A DNA stretch of 64,000 nt from Lama guanicoe (Eukaryota): assembly GCA_013239625.1 (NCBI GenBank), contig MU053645.1, forward strand, positions 860,274 through 924,273, read 5' to 3'. A program made the translations under genes and the position numbers. Positions 1 through 13,186 of this stretch are shown piece after piece; the first letter of the stretch is position 1, and every line of letters begins with the position of its first letter. The notes under the pieces were generated by a model, which was given only the letters and a program-made list of their open reading frames with translations, was not told the DNA's origin and ran no database searches.

Positions 1-1394
1 ATATTTCATAATTTTCTCCAGATTCTCAGAAATGGCCTATGAGCTGCTCTACTCCCCTCTCCTACCCCCACTGCAAAGTTTAAAAAAAATCGCTGTTTTA
101 AAAGGAAGCATGGCAAGAGATCCCCAGAAAGGCAAGATGGGCTATTGGCAGCATAAAGGCTTTGTAGTACAGGAATAATGACTAGTTAAGCACTTTAGCA
201 AAGTGCCAGGGCTCTTACGAGCCAATTTACAAATGATGGGAAGTGAAGGTTGTGCCTTTAAAAAAACTTGAAATTGTCTTGATGATGCCACATTTAGATA
301 CATGATTAATAGGAGTGAAGTTGATGAGAATTTTCTGTCTCCAAAAGAAACCATAAATGATTATAGCACTGAATCAAGCCAGGTTTGGGGCTACTTATCT
401 CTAAATCATCTTGGGAAAGGCCCAGGAACAGATATGCTGATTAGTTATGGAGGGTCTTTGTTTAAAAGCCTGAAGGTTTTAAAGGAGGACTGTAGAGAAA
501 AATGAAATGAGAACTTTAATAAATGAAGCCCTATCTCAAGGTCATACCAAGAAAAGGAAATACTAGTTCACTTACATTCCAGGATATAAAGCTTTAGCTT
601 TGAACGTCTAAATATGTATTTATTAACCCTCTTCCATATTAGCACAGCCATCACCACCGACAAAGAAATCCTATTCAGTATTCTCTTTGTTCTGAAAGGT
701 ATGGCCGAATTCATGGTTCTAATCCACCAACTAAATCTCAGATAATCTATCTACCAATTATTCCCATGCATCACTGATCATAAAGACAGAGAATATGTTT
801 GATTCATTCTTTTTTCCGGTAGTGGGGAATATATACACCTGCTAGTCATTTGTGGCTTGCATTTGTGTGATGACTGGTTGGGGTAAGAGTTTGGGATAAA
901 TCTAAACTAACTGCTTCAAAGACTGACTGTCTAACTATGATGCCATCCTAAAATAGGGCTCCCTCCAGCGAACCTAAACTACTTGGACATATGATCACAG
1001 GAATAACACTTTCCTGACCCTCACCCCTCAGCTTTCTTTCTCTGGCTCAGCCTCATGTTTTAATCCTTACATTTCTTTAAAGAGATAATTTTTTCTCTCC
1101 ACCAGGATGTAAGTACCTTAGGTAAAGGTGTCTTGGTGAATTCTAATCCTGTATTCTTCCCACTGCACTACAATCAAATACTATATGGACTTGGGCACAA
1201 CAAAAGGAACATTTTCAAAGTAAATGGCTAACATGCACATTTCATTGAAATGAGTATATATGTTCCATTTCATTTTGCTTATCAACAAGCTCTTTGGAAT
1301 CTCTGGAAGGCCTCATAAATATTTACCTTTGAAGCAATATTCAAATGCTAGGCTAATTAATAGGTCCTGAGAACTGTGCAGAACCGATAGCAGG

Positions 1395-1552
1395 TTTATT
1401 TGCTTATTGTCTGCCTCACCCCTCTCCACTGGAATGCTTGCTTTATGAGAATACAGACTTTGTTTTGTTCAGTAACACATCCCCTGATCTTAAAACAATG
1501 CTGCGAACCTATCAGATGCTCAGCAAATGTCTCCCCACTGAATAAATAAATA
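1395..1552 (+). mobile_element. LINE-2 3' end fragment
   Basis: Typical L2 terminus: ttgtctgcctc...ctccactggaatg...actttgttttgttca...gatgctcagcaaatgt...ctgaataaataaat. Confidence 0.7.
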
Positions 1553-2022
1553 TGATTCTTGCCTCTTATAGATAAACTCAAATACATTTTACTAGGAAAT
1601 TCCATTTGGACTTTTACTTATAAATAAGATCCTATCTGTAATGTGACATTTTCACATTAGCAGATTAAGCTCTCTGATTTGATTCAGAAACGACTAAGAT
1701 CACGCTTCCCCAGAGAGCAATGGGCATTTGCCCGATTATCATCCTTTTGTAATTCTCCAGCCTCTTATGTGAGTTAATCTGGCTCACTCCATGGATATTG
1801 CCTGTCCCTGGTTGTGGCTCAAATTTTATTTAAGACGTTTTAAAATTGATAAATATTTTAAACCTCAAGTTTCCAAGCACTGTCTGTTACGTCACATGAG
1901 TGTGATTTCCTCCTTCCTTTTTTATCCTCCAAACCCAAATAGGAGACATTTAGCAATCCCCTCCAAGAAGGTGGGAGTTTGACTGGAGCAGACCCTCTTG
2001 TTAGAACTTATATTGTGTGTTC

Positions 2023-2043
2023 AAAACAAAACAAAACAAAAAC
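2023..2043. repeat. (CAAAA)n short tandem repeat
   Basis: caaaacaaaacaaaacaaaaac read directly. Confidence 0.9.
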
Positions 2044-4046
2044 ATAATCTTCTAAAGGTCACCCTGGTCTCAAGGGTTACTAGTTTTTCCATTGAGATGT
2101 GCTAATAACAAAAGTACAGGTACCATTGAAATAGAGACACTCCAAGGACCAGAAATTAAATAGACTAACACAAGGCAACCTGGACACAAACAGATGGACA
2201 AAGGCTGGATCTTTAGCTGCACCATTTGGTGGAGTTTCCTTTAGCCAATTTGAGTGACTCTGAGGATGGGAGACTTTACACCTGACACATCTGTGTTCCA
2301 GATCCCCTGCCTTTAAAATGACTTTTCTCAGTGTTATTGGAAACAACAACATTAAGATAATGTCAAGGATGACAGTGAAGCATGCACAAGGGAAGTAAAA
2401 TAAATGAAGTCAATTAGTATTATAAATATTGGTTCCTCATTCACATCCCTTTCATGTCAATTACATATACACAATATCTTGAGGCTCCATGTATGAATCA
2501 AACAAAAACTAGGAAAACAAGATGGGTGCTTCTATTTTGCTGTTTTTTATCAAAGTTTCTTTCTAATGCCACTTGAATTTATAGAACAAAACAAAATTTT
2601 AAAAAATGCTCCAATACAATCTACTGCTTGTTAAAACTGAAAAAAATTACTCAGCAAATAAAATAAGGGTTTAAATAAACTCATTTAACAGAAAACCAGA
2701 TGCTCCATTTTACTTGATTTAATGGGAAACCACTTATATAGCCCAGTATAAATGAAGACAAAATGTGCATAACCAACAACCCTATTAAAATTGGCAATAG
2801 CAGAATGTATCATTTTGAGGTCAGCTGTCATTTTGTTTGAATGGGTCCCTTAACAGATCACACAGCAGATGGAAAAGGCCAGTATGACATGACTTTCTGA
2901 CTTAATTATAGCATTACCAAGACAGCATATGGACTTTGTATGTACTGGATAATTTTTATTCAGTGAATTTATTTGCACATAAATTCTGTGATGTGCCTCA
3001 TTTGGTTTTACGTTACCTTCAATATTTATATTTCACTTTAATTGAATCATTTTTATCTATGGATTAATAGGTCAGTCTGTTCTACCAATTACAGTTGATG
3101 TTTGTTGAAGCCCATATAAAAGAGGTATAGAAGTTGGATTTATGTCTTATTCAAGATTCCTCAATATAGAACACTATTACAGCTCAGCACACAGCCGTCA
3201 TTCCTGCAATTAGGGGGAGGGATCTTAATGCACTAGGTATTTGACAGCTGATAAGGTACAGAAGAACAAATCCATCTTTTGCTTTCAAGAAACTGATTGG
3301 TCTACCAGATGGTAAAATACACAGCAGGACAAAAGAAAAAAAAAAAAACACTGAAGAGAACTCAATCAGTTTTGTGGGAAACACATCACCTTACAACCCA
3401 TCCCAAAGTCAAATCCGCGGGAGCTACTGATCTAATTTATTAAAAAAGGAGTTGGAAAGCTCCAAGATTTTACTGCAAATCTGTCACATGGAACTCTACA
3501 TGGACACGGTATGCATCACTGGAAATAATTTAAAACTTCTGCAGACATAAGGGAGTATAGTCTAAGTGCTAAATTTAGGTGACAGCACAGATAAAACAGG
3601 AGATGAAATACTGCCCAAAGAAACCAGCCCTTGACTTGGTCAAAGCCAGAATTTAGATCCACAGTCCACAATATATCAGCAGCTGTAATTTAACTGGATT
3701 CCCAGAAGAGCAATAAAATGGTAGCTCGGGAAGAGGGCAGTAACATCACATATACCACTTCTAGTCCAGAGTGCTGGATCTTAGCTCTTGATCTTTACTA
3801 AAAGGCACATTTAATTTGAATTCAAATAAATATTAAGGCAAAGAGACAAATGGGTAATGCCCTGATCACGAATATTTAAATGTTATTTCATTTATCTGAA
3901 AGCGCTTGAATAACTCAAACGAGAGGATTTATTCTCCTTCATCTTCAAGGACATAAACATTTCTTGAGGGTCTAATCCTTTTCTCCCTATAAAAACTTGG
4001 GAGAAACAAATATATATGTATAATATGTATATATCAAATATTACAT

Positions 4047-4055
4047 ACACACACA

Positions 4056-4090
<35 letters not shown>
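4047..4090. repeat. (CA)n microsatellite
   Basis: About 20 CA units with one interruption, preceded by a TA-rich run. Confidence 0.97.
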
Positions 4091-4092
<2 letters not shown>

Positions 4093-4225
4093 CTCCAGTA
4101 CATGCTAACATAGTATAAAGGCTTTGCTGGTTAAAATGAACTTTACTTTTTCTTCACAAAGAAGCTAGTTTGCAGCCCACATTTTACAAATTCATCATGA
4201 CAGTGCCAAAATTAGCAATTCAGTA

Positions 4226-4450
4226 GTTAAGGGCATAGCAGTCACGGGCACAGATTCTGGTGTCAGACTGTCTGGGTTTGAGTCTGGCCCAACCACTCAC
4301 TTACCATGTGATCTTAGACATGTCACTTAACTTTTTGTGCCTAAATTTTCTTATCAGCAAAAACTGGGAAATAATATCTACTTTACAGGGTTTTTGTGCA
4401 GATTAAATAACAGCATGTGTAACACGCTCGACAGAAGCTCCACAAATGTG
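4226..4450 (+). mobile_element. MIR SINE
   Basis: gattctggtgtcagactgtctgggtttgagtc...tgtgatcttagacatgtcacttaactttttgtgcct...acagggtttttgtgcagattaaat matches the MIR core. Confidence 0.85.
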
Positions 4451-4719
4451 GGTTTTCAGTACTACAGCCATTTACTTAATATAGTCATTGTTATCATTAT
4501 TATGACAATCATGTCTGTTTCTGATACATTGGTCAATTTGTCAGCAGTATCCAACTAACTCTTAAACTTCACTGCTCACAGCTGTATGTTCTTTGTCAAT
4601 GCCTTCCCACCCACCTCAACACTGCCTAGGTGGACACACATGCTGGGAGTGAGTCAATTCATTGACCAGCCGAAGCAAATCTAATTCTCTTAAGAATCTG
4701 AACAAAGAGAAACAAAGAC

Positions 4720-5092
4720 TAACTAGGTCAGAAGTTAGCAGGCCTTAGAAGTGTGAAGTCAAAAACATTTGAAAGCAGAATACATATGCCAAGTACCTAA
4801 AGCCCTGGGTGAGCTGGAGATACAGGGAAGTAGAAATTAAGAACCAGAGTGGGGAAAGCCATTCTGCAGAAGGCAGGATGAAACAGCAGTGCTGAAAGAA
4901 GCCAAGATGGCATATTGCGTTGGCTGCAGAGAATGAGCGAGATGGATAGGTAAGCTGCCTGACAATTTCCAATTCTCCATGAGAATGGGTTCCGTGAGAC
5001 TCCCTTTACCCTTAAAATGCATTTTCCTATACTCAGCTGAGTTGCTGAGGTTTGATTGCTGTTCCTTGCAATCAAAGACACATAACGATATA
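4720..5092 (+). mobile_element. MLT1-like (ERVL-MaLR) LTR, old; 5' boundary uncertain
   Basis: Ends in tgctgttccttgcaatcaaagacacataacgatatac, resembling the MLT1 3' terminus. Confidence 0.5.
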
Positions 5093-7599
5093 CCTCAATT
5101 TGTATTCAAATTCTTCTTCCTTGCTTTCTCATTTCTTTTAAACCTGGCCTAAATTCTTCCCAATATGAGACGTAGGTGTTCAAGTTGGTTTACTGAACTG
5201 TGTCAAAAAACAGAACCCGGTGATGACAGCTTGTGGCTAAAACCTAGGCTATATCACAAGTCAAAGTGGGTCCTGTGGAATGTAACAACTGCATGGAGCT
5301 TGACATCTGTGAGACTGACATCTATAAGGCCTATCCTCAAGACACTGGAGTGGCCAACCAGTGTATCAGTAACTCCCCTACAAAAGCATGAATTTTAAAT
5401 TTACATAGTTGTAGGTAACAAAGGAAAAATGGAAACACCGTCCCATTTTAATTTTTGGCATCTCATTTTCACTAAGGTCTTGGACCACATGTTTTTTGAA
5501 CTCAGCTATTGCACATGATGATATTTCATAACATGCTCAAACATCTCTGCTTACAGGGGAATAGCTATCTGTGTGTGATGTTTCCCAAACAGGAATAGTC
5601 AGCTGTCATTAAAACACCAAATCTAGAGAAATGAAAAGCAATATATTTCAGAAGAACAACTGAAATTGTGTATAAGCCCATGGAGATTTTAAGGCTTTCA
5701 TAATATGTTTTTCTTTTTCTTTTTTTTATATGGTTAGCTTGGCATTCTTTTTTTTTTTTCCATAAACTTACCCACAGAGCTATAGAAGCTAAAAGGCTGG
5801 TTTGCACAGTGACCTCTTTGGAGTAAATTTCCTCCTAACACAAACTGGCTTCAATTTACTTGCACATTTGTGAATGGGGTAAGCATGTTACTCAGTTGGT
5901 ATTACTAGCTGTCTCTAAGACAAGAAAACCAGCCAGTCATTGTCCGGGGCTATCCTCCCCTCCAATCTCACCAGCCCCAGGTCACAGAAGCACTGCACTA
6001 TCCTCTTCCTTCAGCTATTGGGGCTCATGGCCCTGACCTTCAGTAACAACAGACCAACTCCTCATCTGGTGGCTTTTTGGTTCTAGGTCACCAAAGGCCC
6101 CATTTAAATTGTTGGATAATGCCACCTCAAGCATTTACTTGAATCAGTCACAGTACATATAGATAGACTCTTTGGTTTTGGACAGTGGCTTAAGAACTTT
6201 GTCACATTCAACAACTATTTTGGAATTTCCATTTAAATATCTGTAGAGGTTGATGGGTCCAATATTTACTTTAAGGCTGGCAGGCAACAACACAGTTTAA
6301 AAGCCAAGTTTATTTCTGTCTTTACACAGTTCTGCAAGGTAGAAAGTGGATCACATCATTTGCCTAAATGATGTTAATGATCTCAACAGAACACTTTGAA
6401 CTTTGGCTTGTTTGTCCAGTAGTGTGGCTGGGTTACTGTCCACCAGGCCCTCTTAAAGCAGTATAAGTTGGTTGCAATGAATGGAGTGAATGGTGCTGTC
6501 TGAAGGCCAGTGCCCATTCACTCAAGTGTTGAGTGCCTAACTTTATCAATTCTGGGAAGGCAACTTTTCCTTTTTAAGGGTTGAAACCAGAGGGTTACTA
6601 CTGTTCCATTAGAATCAAAGTGTTATGAAAACAATGTTTCTGAAAACTACCCCCAGAAAACCTCAATACCTAAAACAAAATATTGCATTCTCTGTACTAT
6701 ACCAGTCTCCCCACCTTAGCCCTGGTCAAGCCCACTGGTCCCACAAACAACAGGACAACTCAGTCTTAACTCTCAGATACTGAATCTTTATATTTGTATT
6801 TGATTTATAAGAAAAAGTGTCATATTCTTTTTTTAAAATCATGCCTTACTTTCAAAATGCAAAATGTTCTGCATAGTACTTTGGATGTGCAAGGTGCACC
6901 TGAGATACACAGGAATGAAGTATGACAGTAATAAGTTCACCCAATGAGAAGAGCGACACGGTTGCAAACCATTGTTTCAGGAAAACGCTGTTTTACCAGA
7001 TCACTCTCTAGGGAAGCACTTAATTTTTTTAAAGTGAGTTTTCTGAAATATCTTGGCATTTATTCTCTGGATCTAGGTGAAACTTAACTTGTTTTATAGG
7101 TACATCTGTCAGTCAGCCAAGAAGAACCAGGGTTCCACATAGGGGATTTTTTTTATAAGCTTGAGAAAGACTGAAAGGCATGAAAGCCTTTGCTCTGCAA
7201 CTCTGATTTCTTACCAAAAAAATAGTTCTATACTGCAAAAATGTTTCTGGCAAAAAAAAAAAGATTTTTGAAAATAATCTTCAAAAGTATACTGAAATTT
7301 AGAAAAAAAACCACTTTATACTTCAGTCACCTCTCACATATTTATATGTAGGTTTGCTACTCTGTGGATGAGTCCCCGAAATTCTTGTATTCCCAGCATA
7401 CTCTCCCAGGTTCCTGGACTGACTTCTGAGCTACTTTTACAGCAATTCACCGCTTTACTGGTTCCATCGTTATGTATGAGCACTGGGGCTGCCAATCTAG
7501 ATAAGTCAATGCCAACTGTATCCAGAAACATCAATTTGCTGTGGAAAAAAAACTGTGGGACACATTCTGCAAACACAATTATATAACTATATAGTGATC

Positions 7600-7890
7600 G
7601 TGGTAATAGTTGCCATTTACCAACTGCCCACTATTTTCCAGACTCTTCATACGTATTTTCTCTAATTTTCACCAATGTGCAAGCCAGTTATTATTGTCTT
7701 CATTTTAGAGATTTAAAACTGGAAATTCAGAAAGGTTTGATACCATGGCCAAAAACAACCGGTGAGTGAGGAGAGCTGAATTTTGATCCTGGTTTTGCTT
7801 GCCTGAATGTCTATGATGTGCCAGGCACCGTGTAAGATATTTGCCGTGAAGTATCTCATTTAATCCTCACGCTAATCCTAGATATTAAAG
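7600..7890 (-). mobile_element. MIR fragments (two adjacent)
   Basis: ttattattgtcttcattttagagatttaaaactggaaattcagaaaggtt and tgtgccaggcaccgtg...tctcatttaatcctcac are antisense MIR motifs. Confidence 0.7.
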
Positions 7891-8375
7891 AAGAAAACTC
7901 TCAGGCCTCACAGTCCAAGTTTCTATAGAGAGGAACTACACTTCCTAGGAAGAGATAGAGAAAAGGAACAAATCCAGCCTCTCCCTGTCCCTCACAACTC
8001 CTGCCTGTGGGAGGAGGGACATATCTGTTCGGTCAAACTGAAAGAAGGGACTGGACAAGTATGAACCATTCACTTCTAACTTCTTTGCAGTCTTTCCCCA
8101 TTCCCAGCTCAACCACTAGAAAAGCTTTGGGGAAGGGTTTGCCTTTGAGAGGAAGGATGTTGACTGTCCAGTTCTGTCTGTGACTGCCTGGTTGGGGAAG
8201 TTTATTTCAAGGTGGAGGTATAAGAAAGTATTCAGTATCAGATTGAAATCAACTTTATTAATAACAGGATTGACATTTTGATCTCCATTTGCCTGACTCA
8301 AAGAGTGGCTCCTAATTCAGAATATGAAAAGGGGAATGACGTTCAATCCAGAAATCACAACAGTAGATAGGCTTA

Positions 8376-8804
8376 TGTTGGGCTGTACCTGGCAGGCTTA
8401 CAAGGCCTGTCCTTTCCCAGCCTCAAGACCAAAGAAAGAGCCTGAAGTCAGTGACAGAGACATCAATGGTTCAATGAATACGGGAGTCTTACAAGTCGGA
8501 AGCAAGGTCCTGGAGCGACTCCCCACTATATGCAGCGAAAGGTTGGCAGGACATGGTGGTGGGGGCAGGGGAAGGTGAGCAGTTATAAGGGGAATTGATG
8601 TCAGGTTGGCTCATTGGTTACCAGGGAAACCAGCACAGCAGCATGACCCTCACTACCCCTTTGATAAGAACTATCACTAGCTGGGGCCAGGAGCAAGTAT
8701 GTAAGGTGAGTCATGTGAGTAAGGTGTAGGTGGAGCCGGCACTGGTCCAGCAGGGGATGTACAGAGAGTAAGAGAACAGCCATCTTGGGTGGCCTGACCA
8801 TAGA
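8376..8804 (-). mobile_element. Solo ERV LTR (~430 bp) with 5-bp TSD, inserted into a MIR
   Basis: Begins TG at 8376 and ends ...ccataGA (decayed CA) at 8804. Flanked by direct repeat GCTTA (8371-8375, 8805-8809). Minus strand has a TATA-like cttataa and a poly(A)-signal-like attgaacc followed by a GT-rich U5-like tract. Confidence 0.8.
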
Positions 8805-8952
8805 GCTTATTAACCCCATTTTCCAGAGTAAGTAACCGAGGCTCGAGGAAATGAAGTAATGTGTCCCAAATAAGGTAAATAATAAATAGTAGGGATAGGA
8901 CTTGAATGTTGGTCTGTTTTGCTCTAGAGTCACCACTCTTTCCACACTGTAC
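8805..8952 (-). mobile_element. MIR (continues left of the LTR at ~8341-8375)
   Basis: ttattaaccccattttccagagtaagtaaccgaggctcgaggaaatgaagtaatgtgtccca is antisense MIR core. Confidence 0.8.
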
Positions 8953-9407
8953 TTTGAATAATTGCATCCATGCATCCCACAGTCATCAGGGATAATCCAG
9001 AGCTGGAACTGTTTGTCAAATCTGAAGTCAGGACATGGAGAAGGAACGGGCCGACAAGCAAGAACAATAACGAATGAAAACGTTTGGTTAGTTTTCATTT
9101 TCACATATATCTACAGTCAGGTGAGCGTCAGAGAGGATTCAGGGAAGGCAGACAGAGGCTGGAGGAGAAGTGGTAGCCATTCAAAGCAGAGCCAGAACTT
9201 AAAGCAAGGTGCTGATCAGGAGAGGCACAATGTCTCACTGTGAGAAGGCCCACTCTGAGGCAGAGCAAATGGGAATGTATTTCTGGAAAAGTGGCAATAC
9301 AGAGAATCTCATTTGTTATACATGAGCTCTTGGTTAACATATTTATGAGTAACAAGATAAGTAAAATTATTTGGCTAGCCTCTCCCACCTCCAAATCTTT
9401 CTTTTCT

Positions 9408-9410
<3 letters not shown>

Positions 9411-9446
<36 letters not shown>

Positions 9447-9450
9447 AGAG
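9411..9450. repeat. (AC)n(AG)n compound microsatellite
   Basis: Read directly. Confidence 0.95.
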
Positions 9451-12165
9451 AAACATATGGTCCTGTGGCTACTGAAGGATATCCAGGGCCTCATAATGCT
9501 GTTATTTATGGTAGAGGAAGTGGGGAGAGAGGCTAGGAGAGGAATATTATTCTCACATCGCAGAGTGGAGCCCGACAATGGCACATAGCAGCATTACTAC
9601 TGTCCCTAATGAAGCTCTCTAAGGGAATAGTCATGCTCCTTCAGGGTACATAGGTGGATTTTCTGTTTGCTGGTAGTCAGACCCTGGAGAACACACTGCT
9701 AATAGAGTTCTGGGCGCTAAGTGGAGATCTGATGTCATCCCAGTATCATTACAGCCATTTCCCCTGGGCCAATTAAAACAGATGCAAGGTTTGCTCCAAG
9801 ACACTTGCCTTTGGTTACCAGTGGTGAGATCTGTTCAGGCTGCAGTTTTTTGTATTTAGCTGTTAGGCAGGCCGAGTGATCTTTTAAACACCACTTCTAA
9901 TGTAGGTTTGAGACAAGTAGGGCCCTTTACAGATCATATGATCCCTCTGGAGAAAAACAGTAAAGAATGAACCTGCATAATTCCCTCAAGGAAATACCTG
10001 CAGCCCTTAGGGGTATCCTGAAAGCTACAAGCAGAATGAATCTCTTTTAGCAGTTTCATTTGTAACAACATTGGCTCCAGAGGATGCCTGCATCTGCAAA
10101 GGTGGGCGGGCAGCGGCAATGAGGATGTGGTACTTGACCAATACAGAGTTGTTCGCAAAAATGCAAGCTGACACATAAATTCAAAACTGTATGCTGATAT
10201 ACACTCCGAGAGCTGTGCTTCTGACTAATAGACTACACACCTTACATTCACCCAAACGTCTCATTCAAATACCTTTCCATTCACTTTTCTATGTGATGCT
10301 TTTAGGTGAGACATTTTAATTAATGCAGAGAATAGTGTTAAGCCCAGTTCCAGAATTCTGCTTCTCTTTTTAATCTATAAAAGCTCTACTTTAACTGTCC
10401 AGAAAACCTATAGAAAGTTCAAACAGAATTGAGCTAAACATCTGTATATATTTGCATATTTGTGCGTGTAAGCTTATTGGGGGCAGGGGGAAGAGCAAGG
10501 AAAGAGCATGTAGTCAATCAACATTCTTCTCTTTAAACAAGGCTCTGTGGCAACAAAAAAAATTTGGAAAGTCCCCAACAACAGCAATACAGTCACTTTA
10601 AACAAAATTAATGGTTTTCCTAGAGGCAAGTGTTCCTGTAGTTAAATTGTCTACAAACTAATTTAACTTGTCCCAGGCTGCTGGGTAATAAAATTTCTTA
10701 TGCTTCAGAAAAGGGTGTCCTCTCCATGCAATGGATACAGTCAGGAAGCTTTGGGGCCAGAATCATGAAATTTAAACGGTTCCATTTGGCAGAGCCTGAG
10801 TTGGTTCATTGGCCCGGGAGGTAGCTCAGTAAAGTACAGAGATGCCAGAGTTGGAAAGCTCTAGATAATTCTGATCAAAGATGAATTCCTCCTATAATAG
10901 TTAAATATCATCACTGTCTTAATTTCTTTCTTTTCATGCATAGGAGCATGAAAAATGAGACCAGCCATTAATTTATGTCATCTAGAGAGAGATTCAGAAA
11001 GAATACATTAACTACCTACCATATAATTTCCTTCCTTCATTGTCAGTTTCAAAACAACAACAAGAAGCAAAAAAAAAAAAAAATGCCCAAGGAAACTTTA
11101 TAAATTAATTTGAAGTCAAAAGTATTTTCCTGAAGACTGTCGTTGCTGCATGGGTACTCATTAGAATGTCTCTTAACAACCCATGCTCTCTAATATCATT
11201 AGTAGATCAAGAAACTTGAAGCATTCTTGGAGGCAGATAATTAACTTATCTGGAGGAACTGTTGTCATGGTATGCTCTTTCCTGCAAATGGACAATATTA
11301 TACGACTCTTGGGGTTGATGGGAAGCTAAGTCAAGAAAGTAAAAGAGATCTTGCAGACCTGGTTTCTTTATCAGAATACAGCATCTAGGGAAGAACTAAC
11401 AACCCTTTCCTTTTTGTCCTCTAGACTTCAACCTTCCAGGTATTTTCAGCACCATTAATGCTGACTTTCTTGGGGAGAAATTGTTACAAACTACAAGAGA
11501 AAAGGGGCCACTATACCATCTACAGCCTAGACCCACCCCCCAATGCAATTTTACTTTAAAGAGGGTGTTGCCAACAAATAGAAAAAAGTGTGGGAAATGC
11601 TGTCAATCGTTTCTTAGTTCAAGAGTAAAATGGATGATTAAAAATACTTAAAGCTCTGCAATTTTTGTTACATGCTAGAATAATTAGAAATACTATCCAT
11701 TCTTGTCAACCCTTTTCTGTGAACTACTGTAATTAGACAGAGCAAAAAAAAATCTGTGAGACAACATTTTGAATTTTTACTTTTTTAAAAAAAGACAACA
11801 AAAAGTCACTCAGTATTTTTACATTCCACAGTGCAATTTGCATTCAAAGAGGGTCTTTCACCTTCTGTTTCTTTATTCCAGGATAGTGAATGTTGCCTTG
11901 ATTTGTTTCTAAAGTAAAGTTACATTCGATTGAGCCAGTGATGCCTTGCAGCCAGTCCCTGCCAAATGCAATTTACTCAGGAACTGCTGAGCCTGTCCAC
12001 TGGGGCTGGAGATGTTTATCATGAAGGGGGAGGAGGGTCAATGTGTGACTACTGTACTCACCCTCTACTGGAAATGTTGATGCTGACTTCCAGAAGTAAT
12101 CTCAGAGAACATTGGATTCTTCTAGATCTAAACACCAGCCTATCCAAAGTTTCCAGCAAAAGAAT

Positions 12166-12330
12166 CTGTGCCAGAAACTATAAGTTGCCTCCCCAAAGCC
12201 CATTCTTCCTTTCTTCCTTACTAACAGAAACTACATTTCTTAGGGTCCCTTGCAGATGAGGGGTGAACAATAATTTGTAAGAAGTTGTCATGAAGGGCTT
12301 CTGGGAAAGCTCTTAAGGAGACTGATTTGG
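12166..12330 (+). mobile_element. MLT1-like LTR 5' fragment
   Basis: tgtgccaga...cccattcttcctttcttccttactaacagaa...ggtcccttgcagatgagggg...gggcttctgggaaagctctt resembles old MLT1 5' parts. Confidence 0.55.
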
Positions 12331-12374
12331 CGGGGTAGAACAGAAGGAACCCTGAAATGAGACTCACGAGAAGG

Positions 12375-12500
12375 GCTTTAGTATAGTTTTGGTTACTAAT
12401 TTGCTCTGTGAACTTGGCGAGCCACTTTCCCTTGGTACCTCCATTTTCTCACATGTAGACTGAGACAGTTGAATTACATGGTTTCTGAAGTCCTGTCCAC
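12375..12500 (+). mobile_element. MIR fragment
   Basis: tactaatttgctctgtgaacttggcgagccactttcccttggtacctccattttctcacatgta. Confidence 0.65.
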
Positions 12501-12704
12501 ATTTAGGTCCCTATGCTTGCTCTCATCCAGTTGCAAAGTCCCAAGGAGATAAAAACAGATGCATGAAATGGGTGTGTGGAATTTGTAAGAAGAAGCTTTA
12601 CTATTTTCTGCTTCTTTACCCTCCCGCAAATTAAAAATCACTCAGAGTTAGTTTACATTATTTACAGTTTCACACTGATATGTAGTCTACGTTACACATG
12701 TGTA

Positions 12705-13185
12705 CTTTTAAGAACTTTGTGAAGATGTAATTCACATACCATAATAGAGATCCACTCATTTAAAGCATGCAATCCAATGGTGTCATTTATATTCATAGAG
12801 TTGTGGGAACATCACCAGTATCTAAATTTTAGAACAAAAAGTAACTTCCTACCCTTTGGTAGTCATTCCTCATTCCCTCCTCTTCTTAGCCTCTGTCAAC
12901 CACTCATCTACTTTCTGTCTCTATAGATTTGCCTATTTTGGACATTTCTCATTAAATAGAATCATACAATGTGTGGTCTTCTGGAACTGGCTTCTTTAAT
13001 CTATCATAATGTTTGCCAGGTTCATTTATGCTATAACATGAATCAATAATTTATTTTTTATGGCTAAATAATATTCCATGGTATGGATTTTCAACATTTT
13101 TATTCCATTCATCAGATGATCGATATGTGGGTAGTTTCTATTTTTTTGGCTGTTATGAATGATGCTACTATGAACACTTGTATAA
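12705..13185 (-). mobile_element. Old L1 (L1MB/L1MC-like) 3' end
   Basis: taattcacataccata...ccactcatctactttctgtctctatagatttgcctattttggacattt. The minus-strand ORF contains HTMEYYLAIKN (ORF2 C-terminus). Confidence 0.9.
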
Positions 13186-13186
13186 G

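Noticed and set aside
4905..4956. ATG plus plus-strand donor ATAG|GTAAGC
   Set aside because: It lies within a probable MLT1 LTR, and the ATG frame stops after 9 codons.
7334..7539. Minus-strand acceptor (ttttttttccacAG) followed by an open frame KLMFLDTVGIDLSRL...
   Set aside because: The peptide is not recognised, there is no good donor, and no supporting neighbouring exons were found.
8601..9104. 167-aa minus-strand ORF
   Set aside because: It runs across a MIR and an LTR, with no recognisable protein features.
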